Source: a virus (taxonomy: Duplodnaviria > Caudoviricetes). From it: 44,067 nucleotides of DNA. A program made the translations under genes and the position numbers. Below are positions 21,201 to 30,757 of this stretch, piece by piece; the stretch's first letter is position 1; the number at the start of each line of letters is the position of its first letter. The stretch covers positions 1 to 44,067 of IMG/VR virus record IMGVR_UViG_3300037634_003240; one strand, written 5' to 3'. Below the pieces are notes generated by a model. The model did no database searches, was not told the origin of the DNA, and saw only the letters and a list, made by a program, of their open reading frames with translations.

Positions 21201-24200
21201 GCTTTTTGTATTATATCTTTCTTCAAGTCTCCGTCTTCTGAACTTCTAAGAAGTTCGTTTGCTATTTTATACAATTCTACTCTTGCAGATCTATCTCTTC
21301 CCTTTACAAGTTTTCTAACTAAGTACGGATGATCGTATGTTGCAGTTGTAGGAAATGCAGGAAGGGTTGCTATTGTAATGGTGCGAGTAGGACTCTTATC
21401 TCTGGTAGCGGTTCTAACTATTTCAGTTCTATTGCCTTTTGCATCTATTAGAATTTCATTTGTTATCTCTCCAGCAGGAATAAATTGTAAATTACTCTCT
21501 ACTAAAGTATTATATTCTAAGCAATATGGATCACCATACTTGAAGTCTTTATGGTAGGTATTCTCTGCTCCACCTGGTAACCACGATGGTTGTGTATTAC
21601 GTATAGGATTCCATGCTTCTCGTGAATGAATATCATGAGGTATGAATCTTCTTATAAACTCAGTGATACCACCAAGACCACCAAGTTGCATGTCCCAGTA
21701 CTGTCTTTGGTGTGATGTAATTGCACCAGCATTTGCAGTTACTGTACCATTAGTAAATGGAGCTCCACCAGTAAGTAGTCCTGTCTGCCATCCAATCAAA
21801 CCTGCAGGTTGTTCGAATGCTCTATCAAATGTACTTCCTAATATTTGTCTGGATCCCTGTAGAGATTGAGGTGAACGTTTCCTCATCTCTAAGGAGTTAT
21901 TTATAAAGTTCTGTCCAGTCTCTAGTTTCTGAGATGTGTTATGGAATTTAGGGCCCACACCTGCAGTACTATTAGGAACCCAACCAACGCCATCCATGAA
22001 GGAAGCATTAACTTCAGCAGGATGCATATTAACTTGGGGTTTCAACATCTGTCCAAGTGTACCAGCTATCAATGGACCTATAAATGGTATCTCTTCAAAC
22101 ATAGGAGCACTTTCTGGATAAGGTCTATCCATATAGTGTTCTCTTTCATAGTGATATGGATCAAGCAAATAGCCTACAGGGTTAGCTCCAATAAGGGGCC
22201 AGTCTGCATACAACCATTTCTCAAGCTTACCACCAAACTGTGAAGGTGTATTTCTATACTGACTACGTAGTCTCTGATACCAGTGTGGAGAGAAGTACTG
22301 AATCTTGGAACCTTCCCAAGGAGTACTGCCGAGTTCCCACCATCTACCTTTACGTATTGGTACAAGAGAATCACCAGAATATTCAGATCTAAGATCATCT
22401 GCACTCTTTGTAAGATCCCATTCACCAAACGAAGCTGCAGGTCCACCTGCAGTTAGTAGAGATATAAGTGTACCAATTCCAAGTCCTTTAACTCCAGCAA
22501 TCGTAGTACCTATTACCGGTGCTGCAAATCCTCTAAGCATTCCTGCAAGAGGAGAAGTAACAGAACCAGGCATCAGTCCTTCCATGTACTGAGCAGCATC
22601 TGTAACTCCAGTTAAATCATACAGTTCTGCAACACCAAGTCTACCCTTAGCCCATAAATCACCAACTGCAACATTAAGACCTTGACCAAGTGCAGTCTTG
22701 TCAAACATTGGATTTACATCAAAGAATGTATCTGCAGTATTCCAACCTACCATAGCAGCGGCTGCCATACCACTAAGTCTCATGAAGTGACCAGCTAGTT
22801 GTCCAGGAGTTTGTCTTCTCGTAGGATCATATGCCATTCCTAGAATATGACCTACAGATGAGAACCTATCCATCAGATAGAATGGTATTGCTCCCTCTGT
22901 AGTAAGAGGTTCTCCGGGTTTAGGTAAGAATGTTTTTCTTACTGTCTTAGCTCCAGGTAACCAGCGAGCAAGTAATACGTTAGGAGTAGATTCGTCTCCC
23001 CATGCAGTAAACTCATCGCCCAATCTATCGAGACGCGGACGTGCGAATCTAGAATACAATTCACCGAATGATCTAAATGTTTCCTTCTGATGTTTTTCTT
23101 GTAACCATTTTAGTGGATTACTTGGTACATCTCCAGGACTCTTAGCCTTTTCCAGTGCATCTATTATATTTACATCTTCATTTATCTTGCTCCACTCAAG
23201 TCCTTTCTTAGTGAACCTGAGCATTGTTGCTTCTCTATCTCCAATTATCTGCTTCTTCTGCAGATGCTTTACCATATCATTAAATCTAGAACCACCTGCT
23301 TTCCCTTGCGATCTATAGATAGTTTCATGTATAAGGAAATTACGTAGTTCATCTGCACCAGTAAGATCAGCTTTATGCGAACCCATTAAAGATCTAGGGT
23401 AGTGAGTTGCAGTCTCAGATAACGTTCTATCAAAGTCAGCCATCTCATACTTAGATGTAATACTGGTTACTTTCTTAGCCCACCAATTCTTCTTGCGACC
23501 TGAAGGCATACCCGCTAGTAATGATTTAGATGCACTTACTAGATCTTCGTCACCAAGATTCCATAGTTCTTTTAATGGAAGTTCTCCTTGTCTACCTTTA
23601 ACTGCAAAAGTCATCCATGGCTTACCCCCGGATGTACTTTTGGAGAACGCTTCTCTTACTCCTGCTCTTGAGAATACATTATAACTAGCCGTTCCACCTT
23701 CTTTAAATAGACTATCAAGTTCTCCAATAGCAATAGACATATCTTTCGCACTAATTTTACCAGTTTTAAAACCACTAATTTTAGTTTGAAAGAATCCAAG
23801 GTTACTATTATCACCAAGTATATGTCTAGGAGACTGACGCGAGAACCCATGAGTATAGAAGTCTACTACGTTACCAATTAATCCTCTAGCAAATCCACCA
23901 ACCTCAGCCCATCTCTTTACTCCTTCCCATGTATTACCGTCACCTGCCTTAAGAGTTTCAGGTTCTTGTGTGAACAACCCTAGTAACTGGTGATTCATCT
24001 TAGAAATTCTTGAATGTCTAGCTTTATCTATACCTGTGAAATCCAACATCGGAGTTTGTGTTGATTCATCAAAGTATGGATTACTCTTGTATGTCATATG
24101 TCCAGTGGCAAAGTCCATCTCATCTGGCTGTCTTAACGCATTAATAAGTTTACCGCCCCTTCTTCTATAGAGCTGTCCCATCATGAAGAAGGCATCCTCA

Positions 24201-25975
24201 TTCTTGCCACCGGATACTACTTGTCCCGTCGCCGATCCAGGCATTGGGATTGCGTATCCTTCGTGCTCACCGAGTTTGTGTACCTTTGGCATTCTACCAT
24301 ATGGCCCTGAGAAGGCATCAATGAGAGAATGCACACCTGCCGAGAAGATCTTACCAATACCGGCCTTGGGTCCGAAGAAAGGAAGACCAAATTTAATTTT
24401 TTCTATAGGTTGTAATAGCTGCTTTGAGAGAGCAGCGAATCTCCATTGATGCGTATCAATTAAAGCTTGACCTCCAGGACCATCTGCAGTAAACACGCCA
24501 CTACCCAAGAAGAACTTTGTTGCTCCTTCGTGTTGTGGTACATTCAGTTTACTAAGACCCTTCGCTATATGCGGATAGTTATTCTGCAGATCTTTCCAAC
24601 GAGGGTGATCCTTTGTTATATATGCTTGGTCAAGTCCAAGTACTCTAGAAAGGAATCCACTTTTAGTCGGTATTGTGTACTGAGCTAAAGTTTCTTGCGC
24701 AATAGCTTGAGTAATCTTGTCAGCACCAGAACCATATATCTTACTTGCATCTGGATCCAGTATTTGATTCAGCGTTTCCATCTGCTGAGTCTGTGGTCCG
24801 AAATCTCTAGACTGTGTTTCAGTGAGAGGACCCATTGGGAAATTCTTAGGATAGCTTTCTTCTGCTTGCTTGTGCATGCTAGCCATGCGCTGACGATATC
24901 TAAGTCTAAATCTATTAGACATTCGTTGTGCAGTTTCTTTAGCTCTTTCCCCTATTCCACTTTTAATGGGTTCAAATTTTACACCAGTAGCTTTATTAAC
25001 AAAGAACAACGGATCTCTATTAGATAGTTCAGACATACTCTGACCAATAGCATCAATTGTTGCACTTATTCTACCAGTAATTCCACCTACGGTTAACTTG
25101 TCTTTGAATGCATGGGGAGATAACTGATTAGCCATCCAGTCTTTTATGCGTGAGTTCCATCCAGTATTAACAAGAGCTGTCTTTGTCGCATGTTCCGCTC
25201 CAGCTTTAAGGAGAGGAATACCGTGCTTCGTAACACCACCAAATGCCATATCTGTAGGTAGAAAGGACGCAGTGAACTTTGCATAGTCCCATACGTTACC
25301 AGTTATATTCCACCAAGCCGGAGCTGGATCTCTATCCTGATCACTTTCGAATATACCAAATGCTCTATCTGTTAAATATACTGCAGGAGAAGCTTGCATG
25401 TATTTAGACATGTACTTCTCAGTAGATCCTACTACTCTAGACGTAAGTGAGTTAGGTGCGAAGTATTCCTTGATCGCAGTAGTTCTTTGCGTGTATGAAC
25501 CAGTAACTCCACCTGTCTGCTCTCTCCATGCATTTAAAGCTGCACGGGGGCCCTCCATCTTCTTTCTATAGGCTGCAGCATATGATGAGTTAGCTACTCT
25601 AGGATGATCTCTTAGAAGGGCTCCCATTCCCTTTACTGGCTCGCCTGTTGCTGCCGATCTCCCTACAGCACGTCGTGCTTGCATTCCTAGGGCTCTTACG
25701 TCAGCAGCTATCCTCCTACCTCCCGCAAAGCCAGAAGATGCGTTACGAATAGATCTAGCAATCCCCTCAAGTGCGCTACTCTTACCTGCACCTGCAGCAA
25801 CTCTAGTAAGACCTGACCCAATGGTGCGAGTTAGCTTCTGTATTCCCATCATACCAAAATGGAAACCAGCCATAGACGCACCAATACCAAGAAGAGTCCC
25901 CGTTAAGGAACTCTCTTGTTCGGGTTCATACCCTTGGTCTTCTAGATTATTGCGTATGTCATCGTATTCAGCCAC
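18227..25975 (-). CDS. 2582-aa virion protein in the tape-measure position, with an intein and a PD-(D/E)XK (Cas4/RecB-like) nuclease domain
   Basis: GTG start, downstream of the tail chaperones. Gly/Ala-rich hydrophobic stretches. GTALH...GHVDAII...EIKS...QLNLY. Intein C1...HN/T. Confidence 0.75.
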   Translation of the reverse strand: MAEYDDIRNNLEDQGYEPEQESSLTGTLLGIGASMAGFHFGMMGIQKLTRTIGSGLTRVAAGAGKSSALEGIARSIRNASSGFAGGRRIAADVRALGMQARRAVGRSAATGEPVKGMGALLRDHPRVANSSYAAAYRKKMEGPRAALNAWREQTGGVTGSYTQRTTAIKEYFAPNSLTSRVVGSTEKYMSKYMQASPAVYLTDRAFGIFESDQDRDPAPAWWNITGNVWDYAKFTASFLPTDMAFGGVTKHGIPLLKAGAEHATKTALVNTGWNSRIKDWMANQLSPHAFKDKLTVGGITGRISATIDAIGQSMSELSNRDPLFFVNKATGVKFEPIKSGIGERAKETAQRMSNRFRLRYRQRMASMHKQAEESYPKNFPMGPLTETQSRDFGPQTQQMETLNQILDPDASKIYGSGADKITQAIAQETLAQYTIPTKSGFLSRVLGLDQAYITKDHPRWKDLQNNYPHIAKGLSKLNVPQHEGATKFFLGSGVFTADGPGGQALIDTHQWRFAALSKQLLQPIEKIKFGLPFFGPKAGIGKIFSAGVHSLIDAFSGPYGRMPKVHKLGEHEGYAIPMPGSATGQVVSGGKNEDAFFMMGQLYRRRGGKLINALRQPDEMDFATGHMTYKSNPYFDESTQTPMLDFTGIDKARHSRISKMNHQLLGLFTQEPETLKAGDGNTWEGVKRWAEVGGFARGLIGNVVDFYTHGFSRQSPRHILGDNSNLGFFQTKISGFKTGKISAKDMSIAIGELDSLFKEGGTASYNVFSRAGVREAFSKSTSGGKPWMTFAVKGRQGELPLKELWNLGDEDLVSASKSLLAGMPSGRKKNWWAKKVTSITSKYEMADFDRTLSETATHYPRSLMGSHKADLTGADELRNFLIHETIYRSQGKAGGSRFNDMVKHLQKKQIIGDREATMLRFTKKGLEWSKINEDVNIIDALEKAKSPGDVPSNPLKWLQEKHQKETFRSFGELYSRFARPRLDRLGDEFTAWGDESTPNVLLARWLPGAKTVRKTFLPKPGEPLTTEGAIPFYLMDRFSSVGHILGMAYDPTRRQTPGQLAGHFMRLSGMAAAAMVGWNTADTFFDVNPMFDKTALGQGLNVAVGDLWAKGRLGVAELYDLTGVTDAAQYMEGLMPGSVTSPLAGMLRGFAAPVIGTTIAGVKGLGIGTLISLLTAGGPAASFGEWDLTKSADDLRSEYSGDSLVPIRKGRWWELGSTPWEGSKIQYFSPHWYQRLRSQYRNTPSQFGGKLEKWLYADWPLIGANPVGYLLDPYHYEREHYMDRPYPESAPMFEEIPFIGPLIAGTLGQMLKPQVNMHPAEVNASFMDGVGWVPNSTAGVGPKFHNTSQKLETGQNFINNSLEMRKRSPQSLQGSRQILGSTFDRAFEQPAGLIGWQTGLLTGGAPFTNGTVTANAGAITSHQRQYWDMQLGGLGGITEFIRRFIPHDIHSREAWNPIRNTQPSWLPGGAENTYHKDFKYGDPYCLEYNTLVESNLQFIPAGEITNEILIDAKGNRTEIVRTATRDKSPTRTITIATLPAFPTTATYDHPYLVRKLVKGRDRSARVELYKIANELLRSSEDGDLKKDIIQKAGYDYFHTYLSNAFKLLEKHKKINSYGRKQPITVLNYEPFDEELLDHGCLFIPAEELSVGDYVAYPKPELYEYINECDLSSIYDWYRIDDEKVYSKNNHSWDRYIGLTPELGFFAGLWCAEGWIQSNSYIGTVHHIDELERAKKAYEDIGLSPNIKEGDGNFVYMGKGNKGLAIFLEWLCGTGARTKILSDVLLSMPKEFVEKFLEGYHFGDGCEFETNRRHRKGHTTASKNLALQIRKLYMCFGIVASVVERKEKPIESELNSSGYINSGPSYSININGQEGPTTWFQDDGFFYFRINKIEEGPEVETYGFMTESSTFCAIGVATHNTKIPMGELRLPGRGYESAHTINFTFPMRASKFGAGHADQVRFFLGMDSPLTRATEDILDRGTALHRAVQQNLARLNLLVQAEAVVYDPYSDISGHVDAIIKDGNRKKVLEIKSTSTEKLSRMVDAQDAHKSQLNLYLKTLGLKEGAILYVDRENPWNMKTFEYGFDYNRYQRDINRLHASRESARQLMREGHGANLGEAYSWLDRARILSDVAPYSIEAKEALVRAQQQIATGSLGPFAHEELEEIKRMRKAVARQFDFYPKRFSSAGDLLLPREQIDLLSENEHMKAASEYNPIARMAGSAWEMLAHRDTWLHRKFLNTYDPIEHYERNVLYNRSTSFWDAPIRDFIEPTLRSMAAEDSPIGGAINWGTTAAMVGSNAFGGMAAIAGAIWGGAHGAYKSVDDSKWIPEPVRKDRKFSEYFDKLQYTKAKRLYEQTGNKDWLTVASETMSGVNPYDQSKDGWTHFYRALPAKERPYMDAFIKETNPDRRNEVVEMVPPAVAEALKAKWNQVDFKRSQRHSDDEAAEEVTDYFRTHHLPKQGWMGWHPMVNMEDVQVKTLDQEGLDAHDFNLGWMDQRRRMARSPFTPGPLNIDETTGESIQPETQLTAAQIKNALQEAIKAMDLEGNVHLTIAPGLLNQTRVTVTTHRNAALTSSINTVHARS
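20219..21523 (-). mobile_element. 435-aa intein with LAGLIDADG homing endonuclease
   Basis: Begins CLEYNTLV after GDPY. Block B TYDHPYL. LAGLIDADG motifs FFAGLWCAEG and FLEGYHFGDG. Ends GVATHN with +1 Thr. Visibly more AT-rich than its flanks. Confidence 0.93.
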
Positions 25976-25981
25976 TTATTA

Positions 25982-26578
25982 TCACCTTACAAAACTGTCA
26001 TCATAGTCTGCACTGCTATTTAGTTGATTGCTCGTATCTGTTCCTGCGTTTCCCGATGATAAATCTATGCTAAGACCTATAGCTTCTTTAGGTGTACCGT
26101 CTGGATTCTCATATACTTTCTTTCTGTTTTCCTCTCGGACATCGTCTTCGTATTCTTCGTCATCTTCAGGTACTGGATCCCAAGGAGCAGGATCACCCAC
26201 ATCATATATAGAAGAAACTGTTAGATGATATACTGCTACCATATTACCTTCTTCTTGTATATCAAGTTCCATATCAGAAACACTGCAGCCTCTGAGCTCC
26301 ATCAATAACAATCCAGGGTTGATGAACTGTTCTGATGTCGTGAAACTTATATCACAGATACCTCCGTACTTATTAATAAGGGAAAGGAATTGCAACTTGC
26401 ACGCAACTAGTTTCGTTTCAATCATTGTAACATTAATCTGTTTGGCTACTACGTTATACTTAATTTGTATTCCCATGGGATTCATCGTATGAATATTCTG
26501 TGCGAATCTCACGTTAGTATCTATTTCTGATGCATCAACTCCATATAGAGAACCAGGGGTACTCAGGAAGTCACTCAT
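25982..26578 (-). CDS. Hypothetical tail protein, possibly a degenerate tube-fold paralogue
   Basis: MELRGCSV..MELDI..GNMVAVYHLTVSSI resembles the C-terminal strands of the tube paralogues. Acidic tail. Confidence 0.5.
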   Translation of the reverse strand: MSDFLSTPGSLYGVDASEIDTNVRFAQNIHTMNPMGIQIKYNVVAKQINVTMIETKLVACKLQFLSLINKYGGICDISFTTSEQFINPGLLLMELRGCSVSDMELDIQEEGNMVAVYHLTVSSIYDVGDPAPWDPVPEDDEEYEDDVREENRKKVYENPDGTPKEAIGLSIDLSSGNAGTDTSNQLNSSADYDDSFVR

Positions 26579-26590
26579 GTAGTTATCCTC

Positions 26591-27247
26591 TTATATCTTA
26601 CCTGCTAGGGCATCTGATAGAGCGTCCGTAGACACTGCCATATTGTGATCTTGATCTGCTGACAACTTGTCAGGATCCATATTAAATTTCTTTGCATTGA
26701 TATCTGTAGGGCTTCTAGGATGATCCATAGGAGCCTGATTCATAGTCCTATCTTTCTGTCTATTCATTCTTCTGAAGAGCTGAGGAGTAATAATCTCCTT
26801 GCCCTGTATACTTTCTGCCATAGCAAGAAGCTTCAGTAACTTAGGGACAGGTTTCTTCTCTAAGTCATCAGGAGTATATGTTGGGAATGCAGAACAAATA
26901 TTAGCTATGATAAAGTTCAAACTATCAGTTGCTATCTCTTCTCTCGCTTTCTTCATATTGAACAGCAGTTCGTCTGGACTCTTTAATCCAGATTCACTTA
27001 CTATAAGTTCAGCAAGATCAGATGCACCAAAATCTAGTTGTTCATAATCTATAGGTACAGGATCAAGAACACATATACTACATACAATGTCTTCCATATC
27101 TGATGAGTCTATAGATCCGGGATGCATGATCAGTCTATAGTCCTCAGGAGATAGGAGTCTGAAAGTATATTCTACAGTGTTTATTTCTTGAACCAGTATT
27201 GTGCCGTATTCTCGTTTAGCTTTGAATAGGTCTTCTGGACTAAGCAT
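26591..27247 (-). CDS. Putative tail assembly chaperone 2
   Basis: K.EYG.I....YTFRLLS..DY pattern shared with the adjacent gene. Lies between tube and tape-measure-slot genes. Confidence 0.6.
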   Translation of the reverse strand: MLSPEDLFKAKREYGTILVQEINTVEYTFRLLSPEDYRLIMHPGSIDSSDMEDIVCSICVLDPVPIDYEQLDFGASDLAELIVSESGLKSPDELLFNMKKAREEIATDSLNFIIANICSAFPTYTPDDLEKKPVPKLLKLLAMAESIQGKEIITPQLFRRMNRQKDRTMNQAPMDHPRSPTDINAKKFNMDPDKLSADQDHNMAVSTDALSDALAGKI

Positions 27248-27248
27248 C

Positions 27249-27749
27249 TTAGAGTCTCATTGCGGGTGTGAGTGTGTCTCCACCTGAAACATCCATAATA
27301 AGGGAAGAGAGAGTATCCGGCATTAGTGCGGGTTCGTCTGCCCAAAAGAGAGGATCATGAGCGGCTTGAGGATGTAGTGTGCCGTATGATGCAATGTATT
27401 CGTTCTGATCATCGGGATCCACAACTTTAGCTTGTGAGAAATGACCCTTGATATTTCGTTTCCATTCGTTTCTACGTATAACACGGTAAACGAATATAAC
27501 TCCGTGTTCAATACCAGGAACGATAAATGATGTCCAGCCTACATCTGCATATTGTTCTTTCCATGCAGCAACCATTTCAGGAGTAATTTGATTCTGCGCA
27601 AAGAGCTCGTCTCTCGCATCATCCATCTCCTTACGTAGTCTAGCTTCCTCTCTTTCCTGAGGACTCATCTTTGCTAGTTCATCATCTGTAAATGTTGGTG
27701 GTTCAATCTGTGGTACTTCTGTTGTCTCTTCTAGTGGTATCTCTGACAT
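27249..27749 (-). CDS. Putative tail assembly chaperone 1
   Basis: WKEQY.DV...FVYRVIRRNEW...P..L..LI...SG. SD AGGAG. Synteny. Confidence 0.65.
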   Translation of the reverse strand: MSEIPLEETTEVPQIEPPTFTDDELAKMSPQEREEARLRKEMDDARDELFAQNQITPEMVAAWKEQYADVGWTSFIVPGIEHGVIFVYRVIRRNEWKRNIKGHFSQAKVVDPDDQNEYIASYGTLHPQAAHDPLFWADEPALMPDTLSSLIMDVSGGDTLTPAMRL

Positions 27750-27803
27750 TAAGTAATTCTCCTATCTATCTTGATGTGGTCACCAGCGTCCTCCCATTTC
27801 ATC

Positions 27804-29189
27804 CTATAGTCCTGGAGTCTGAAAGTATGTTTTTCTCTCCTGGTGAGCGCCTTCATCTAATTCTAATTGACCTCCGTCAAATATCCATCTTTTTACGGAG
27901 CTAACTTGTCTCATTTCTGCTGATAACCAGTTATCTCTCATCAGAACAAATCTCATACAGTCAGCAATTGTTGCTTGTCCTATTATCTGCAAACGCGTAG
28001 CAAGATATTCCTGGTCTCCCATTGATGGAGTAAATGTACCAAACATAAGTTCTTGATATAGTGCAGGTTGATCTCGGGTATACTCTTTAAGTTTAGGATG
28101 TATACGTGTGGGTCCTCGGGGCATCGCCTGTAGTACATACGTCTTTCTTGATATGTCCGGTGGAACCAACTTAGTTATACCATTAAGGTAATTTTCTATC
28201 TCTTCATATCCTCCTCTGAATGTAGTCGATCCATTTTCATCAGTAATGAGAATGGGGGCATCTCTGAATGCTTCAACCGTTATACCTTCAACTAGTTCAG
28301 GTTCGTATGCTTCTGTGGTACCATCATCTTGATTCTGATTGATAGGAACAGTAGAGCTCCCAGGTCCCTTCCGTGTTGTTATTGATGGAGTAAAGGAATA
28401 TTGTCCTACACTTTCATCCGCTCCTCTAGCGAAGAATGAGTATCTCTCATAGATAGGTTGTCCTGTACTATCGAGTATTCTCTCATCCGAAGTGATGTGA
28501 ACATCTATAATAGACTTAACAGTACTTGGTGCCTTGGAGTTATTTACATCTCCAAATGTCATCATGATGTTAAATCCGTTTTCAATAAATCTTCTACCAT
28601 TAGGACCATTGAATATATCAAATTCATCTGCCCTTGGTAATCTATCTTCTTTAGTTTTATTTTGATTCCATATTGCATTTTCGAATTGATCTGTCAGATC
28701 TTTAAAACTTCTACCACCTTGATCTGCTGCTTCAGTAAGTACCTGATTTGCAGTAAGTGATGTAACAGTTATTGCTGCTTCATCTTCACCTACGTTATTA
28801 GTCTTAGGTGTTGTAGTGATTCTCATTCCAGGATTACGAGATGGATCTATTGGCAGTGCACGAATAGCATCAAACTTCTTTTGTCCATTCCTTTTGACCC
28901 CAGATAGAGCATTCTCTACATATTCTCTACCTCTTTGTCCATCTTTCATTGCAGCCATAACAGCATGCAAGTAACCTACTTCTTTAAAGGGTATCATGAA
29001 TGCGCCCTGTATTATATACTGTCCTTTAGACACTGCATCGAATTGCTCTGAAGCATATCCGTATACTGGTCTCTTAGTAGAGTTACCTCTCCATTCTATA
29101 GATGTTACATCATCCACAAGTATATGTCCAAAGTATACTCTGGCTTGTGCTCCACTAAAGAATTCATTATCTCTATATGGTTGAAGCAT
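27804..29189 (-). CDS. Tail tube-like protein (tube initiator paralogue) with C-terminal extension
   Basis: FSGAQ...IEW....KRPVYGY...FDAVSKG..IIQGAF...YSFFAR aligns by eye with the tube protein. Confidence 0.7.
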   Translation of the reverse strand: MLQPYRDNEFFSGAQARVYFGHILVDDVTSIEWRGNSTKRPVYGYASEQFDAVSKGQYIIQGAFMIPFKEVGYLHAVMAAMKDGQRGREYVENALSGVKRNGQKKFDAIRALPIDPSRNPGMRITTTPKTNNVGEDEAAITVTSLTANQVLTEAADQGGRSFKDLTDQFENAIWNQNKTKEDRLPRADEFDIFNGPNGRRFIENGFNIMMTFGDVNNSKAPSTVKSIIDVHITSDERILDSTGQPIYERYSFFARGADESVGQYSFTPSITTRKGPGSSTVPINQNQDDGTTEAYEPELVEGITVEAFRDAPILITDENGSTTFRGGYEEIENYLNGITKLVPPDISRKTYVLQAMPRGPTRIHPKLKEYTRDQPALYQELMFGTFTPSMGDQEYLATRLQIIGQATIADCMRFVLMRDNWLSAEMRQVSSVKRWIFDGGQLELDEGAHQERKTYFQTPGL

Positions 29190-30746
29190 TTACAACTCCT
29201 TAGCTCTAAAGAAATCGAATGGATTGTCCTTGAAGGATCTCGAAGGATCAGTTATAGTTCTATATCTAACTTCTGATTTTCTTTCATCTCTACGTGTAGT
29301 TACTTCATCAACCTCACGTTGCTTTGCTGCTATCTCATTACTCAATGAAGTTTGAAGTGCGAATATATCATTTCTATTCTCAATGGTAAAACCAATTCCA
29401 GCCATCTCTGCTTGTGCATCAGCTATTTTGTAGATCATCAAGTCCAATTGTACTTGTATCTCTATTACTTTATTAAGCTGTTGCTGCATAGCTGCAAGAG
29501 ACGCGGATGTATCATTTATAGTACCATCAAGATTAGCAAGTAAGTGATCCTCACTGAATGTTGAACCATTGAATATACCTGCTGAGAATGGAGTGACTCT
29601 TGTATTCGCACCACCGGGTGAACCAGTAACCGGAGTCATCATCTCGATGTCTCTCGCTACGAACTGCATTACATTTTCTATGTATAGATCATTGACACCA
29701 TGAGTCTGTCCTTCATCTACTATCTCCACACCATAAAGTCGCATGACTGCTCCTTTGAATTGGTTGGGTAGTCCGGGTGCATTTCTATTGGGTACTTCAT
29801 GAAAGTATGTAATTGTTATATCAAATGGGGGTAGTTGGTCGGGAACTACTGTAGTCATCAAGTCATCTGAACCTGATTCAAAATCATATATATCTGCTAG
29901 TTGACTAAGTGCATATGTGTCAAACACTGTCCACACCAATGTACCAGCTATAGTTCTGCCGCCTCTAGTATAGCTTCTGGCATACGTTCTACCAAGTGTA
30001 CGTACAGGATGCTTCTCTCTATGTGTGGAGTAGGATAGTGTAGTTATGTTACCGAGCTCTAGTACCTTGTCCCCTGTAGTAATAACAGGAACAATATCGC
30101 AACCAGAGAACACAGTTACTTCTGGTTCTACTGCAGGCTTTGGTTCTGTTGTAGGTTCTGTTGTAGGTGCTGGAGTTCCGTTTGGCTGTCTTCCAAGACT
30201 CTGTTCAGCTAGTCCTTGTTCTACTGCTTGATTAAATGCTAATCCTTGTTCTTTTCTTCTTTGGGTTTGTGCGTCTAAACTGTCTCCTGCCGTTTTATCA
30301 AATAGTAATCCTGCTCTTTGTTGTAGTAAATCATTTTGCAATTCAGTGGCATCATTATCAATAGTTAAATTAAAGCTAGCTATTTCTAATTGAACTTCTT
30401 TTCTTCTTAGTTTTAGTGCATCTAACCTGCCTTGTGCCTGGTCATATTGAAATGAATCGGGTGGAAAGCCGTAATCTCGTTGCGTAATTGTTGTCTGAAG
30501 TCTTTGTATATCACTATTAATTTGTTCTATTTCTTTCTTACGTGTATTTAGTTCATTATCTATTGAAGAATTAAGCTGTGCTATTATTTTAGCAAGCTCG
30601 TCTCTTGCTTCATCTATCTGATCCTTAACAACAAATGCGCGATCTGATTCCCCAGTCGTATCTAATCTACGACGTAGGATTTCATCTTTACGTATTTGCT
30701 CTTGGAGAGCTTCAGCTTGTTGTTGTAACGTTTGTCTATATGACAT
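29190..30746 (-). CDS. Tail tube-like protein flanked by long coiled coils
   Basis: FSGCDI...LSYSTHREK.PV.TLG....YTRGGRTIAGTLV...DQLPPFDI...FVARDI is clearly paralogous to the tube. Heptad-like Q/E/L-rich ends. Confidence 0.75.
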   Translation of the reverse strand: MSYRQTLQQQAEALQEQIRKDEILRRRLDTTGESDRAFVVKDQIDEARDELAKIIAQLNSSIDNELNTRKKEIEQINSDIQRLQTTITQRDYGFPPDSFQYDQAQGRLDALKLRRKEVQLEIASFNLTIDNDATELQNDLLQQRAGLLFDKTAGDSLDAQTQRRKEQGLAFNQAVEQGLAEQSLGRQPNGTPAPTTEPTTEPKPAVEPEVTVFSGCDIVPVITTGDKVLELGNITTLSYSTHREKHPVRTLGRTYARSYTRGGRTIAGTLVWTVFDTYALSQLADIYDFESGSDDLMTTVVPDQLPPFDITITYFHEVPNRNAPGLPNQFKGAVMRLYGVEIVDEGQTHGVNDLYIENVMQFVARDIEMMTPVTGSPGGANTRVTPFSAGIFNGSTFSEDHLLANLDGTINDTSASLAAMQQQLNKVIEIQVQLDLMIYKIADAQAEMAGIGFTIENRNDIFALQTSLSNEIAAKQREVDEVTTRRDERKSEVRYRTITDPSRSFKDNPFDFFRAKEL

Positions 30747-30757
30747 ATAGGAGGGGG

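Noticed and set aside
27240-27310. Lambda G/GT-type programmed frameshift between the tail chaperones
   Set aside because: No slippery heptamer near the junction, and the second gene has its own ATG and is a full paralogue.
28021-28394. 14-nt direct repeat ATTGATGGAGTAAA 360 nt apart
   Set aside because: Short and in coding sequence (FTPS twice), with no further similarity; not a DGR or att pair.
30142-30168. 12-nt tandem duplication encoding PTTEPTTE
   Set aside because: Ordinary low-complexity linker.
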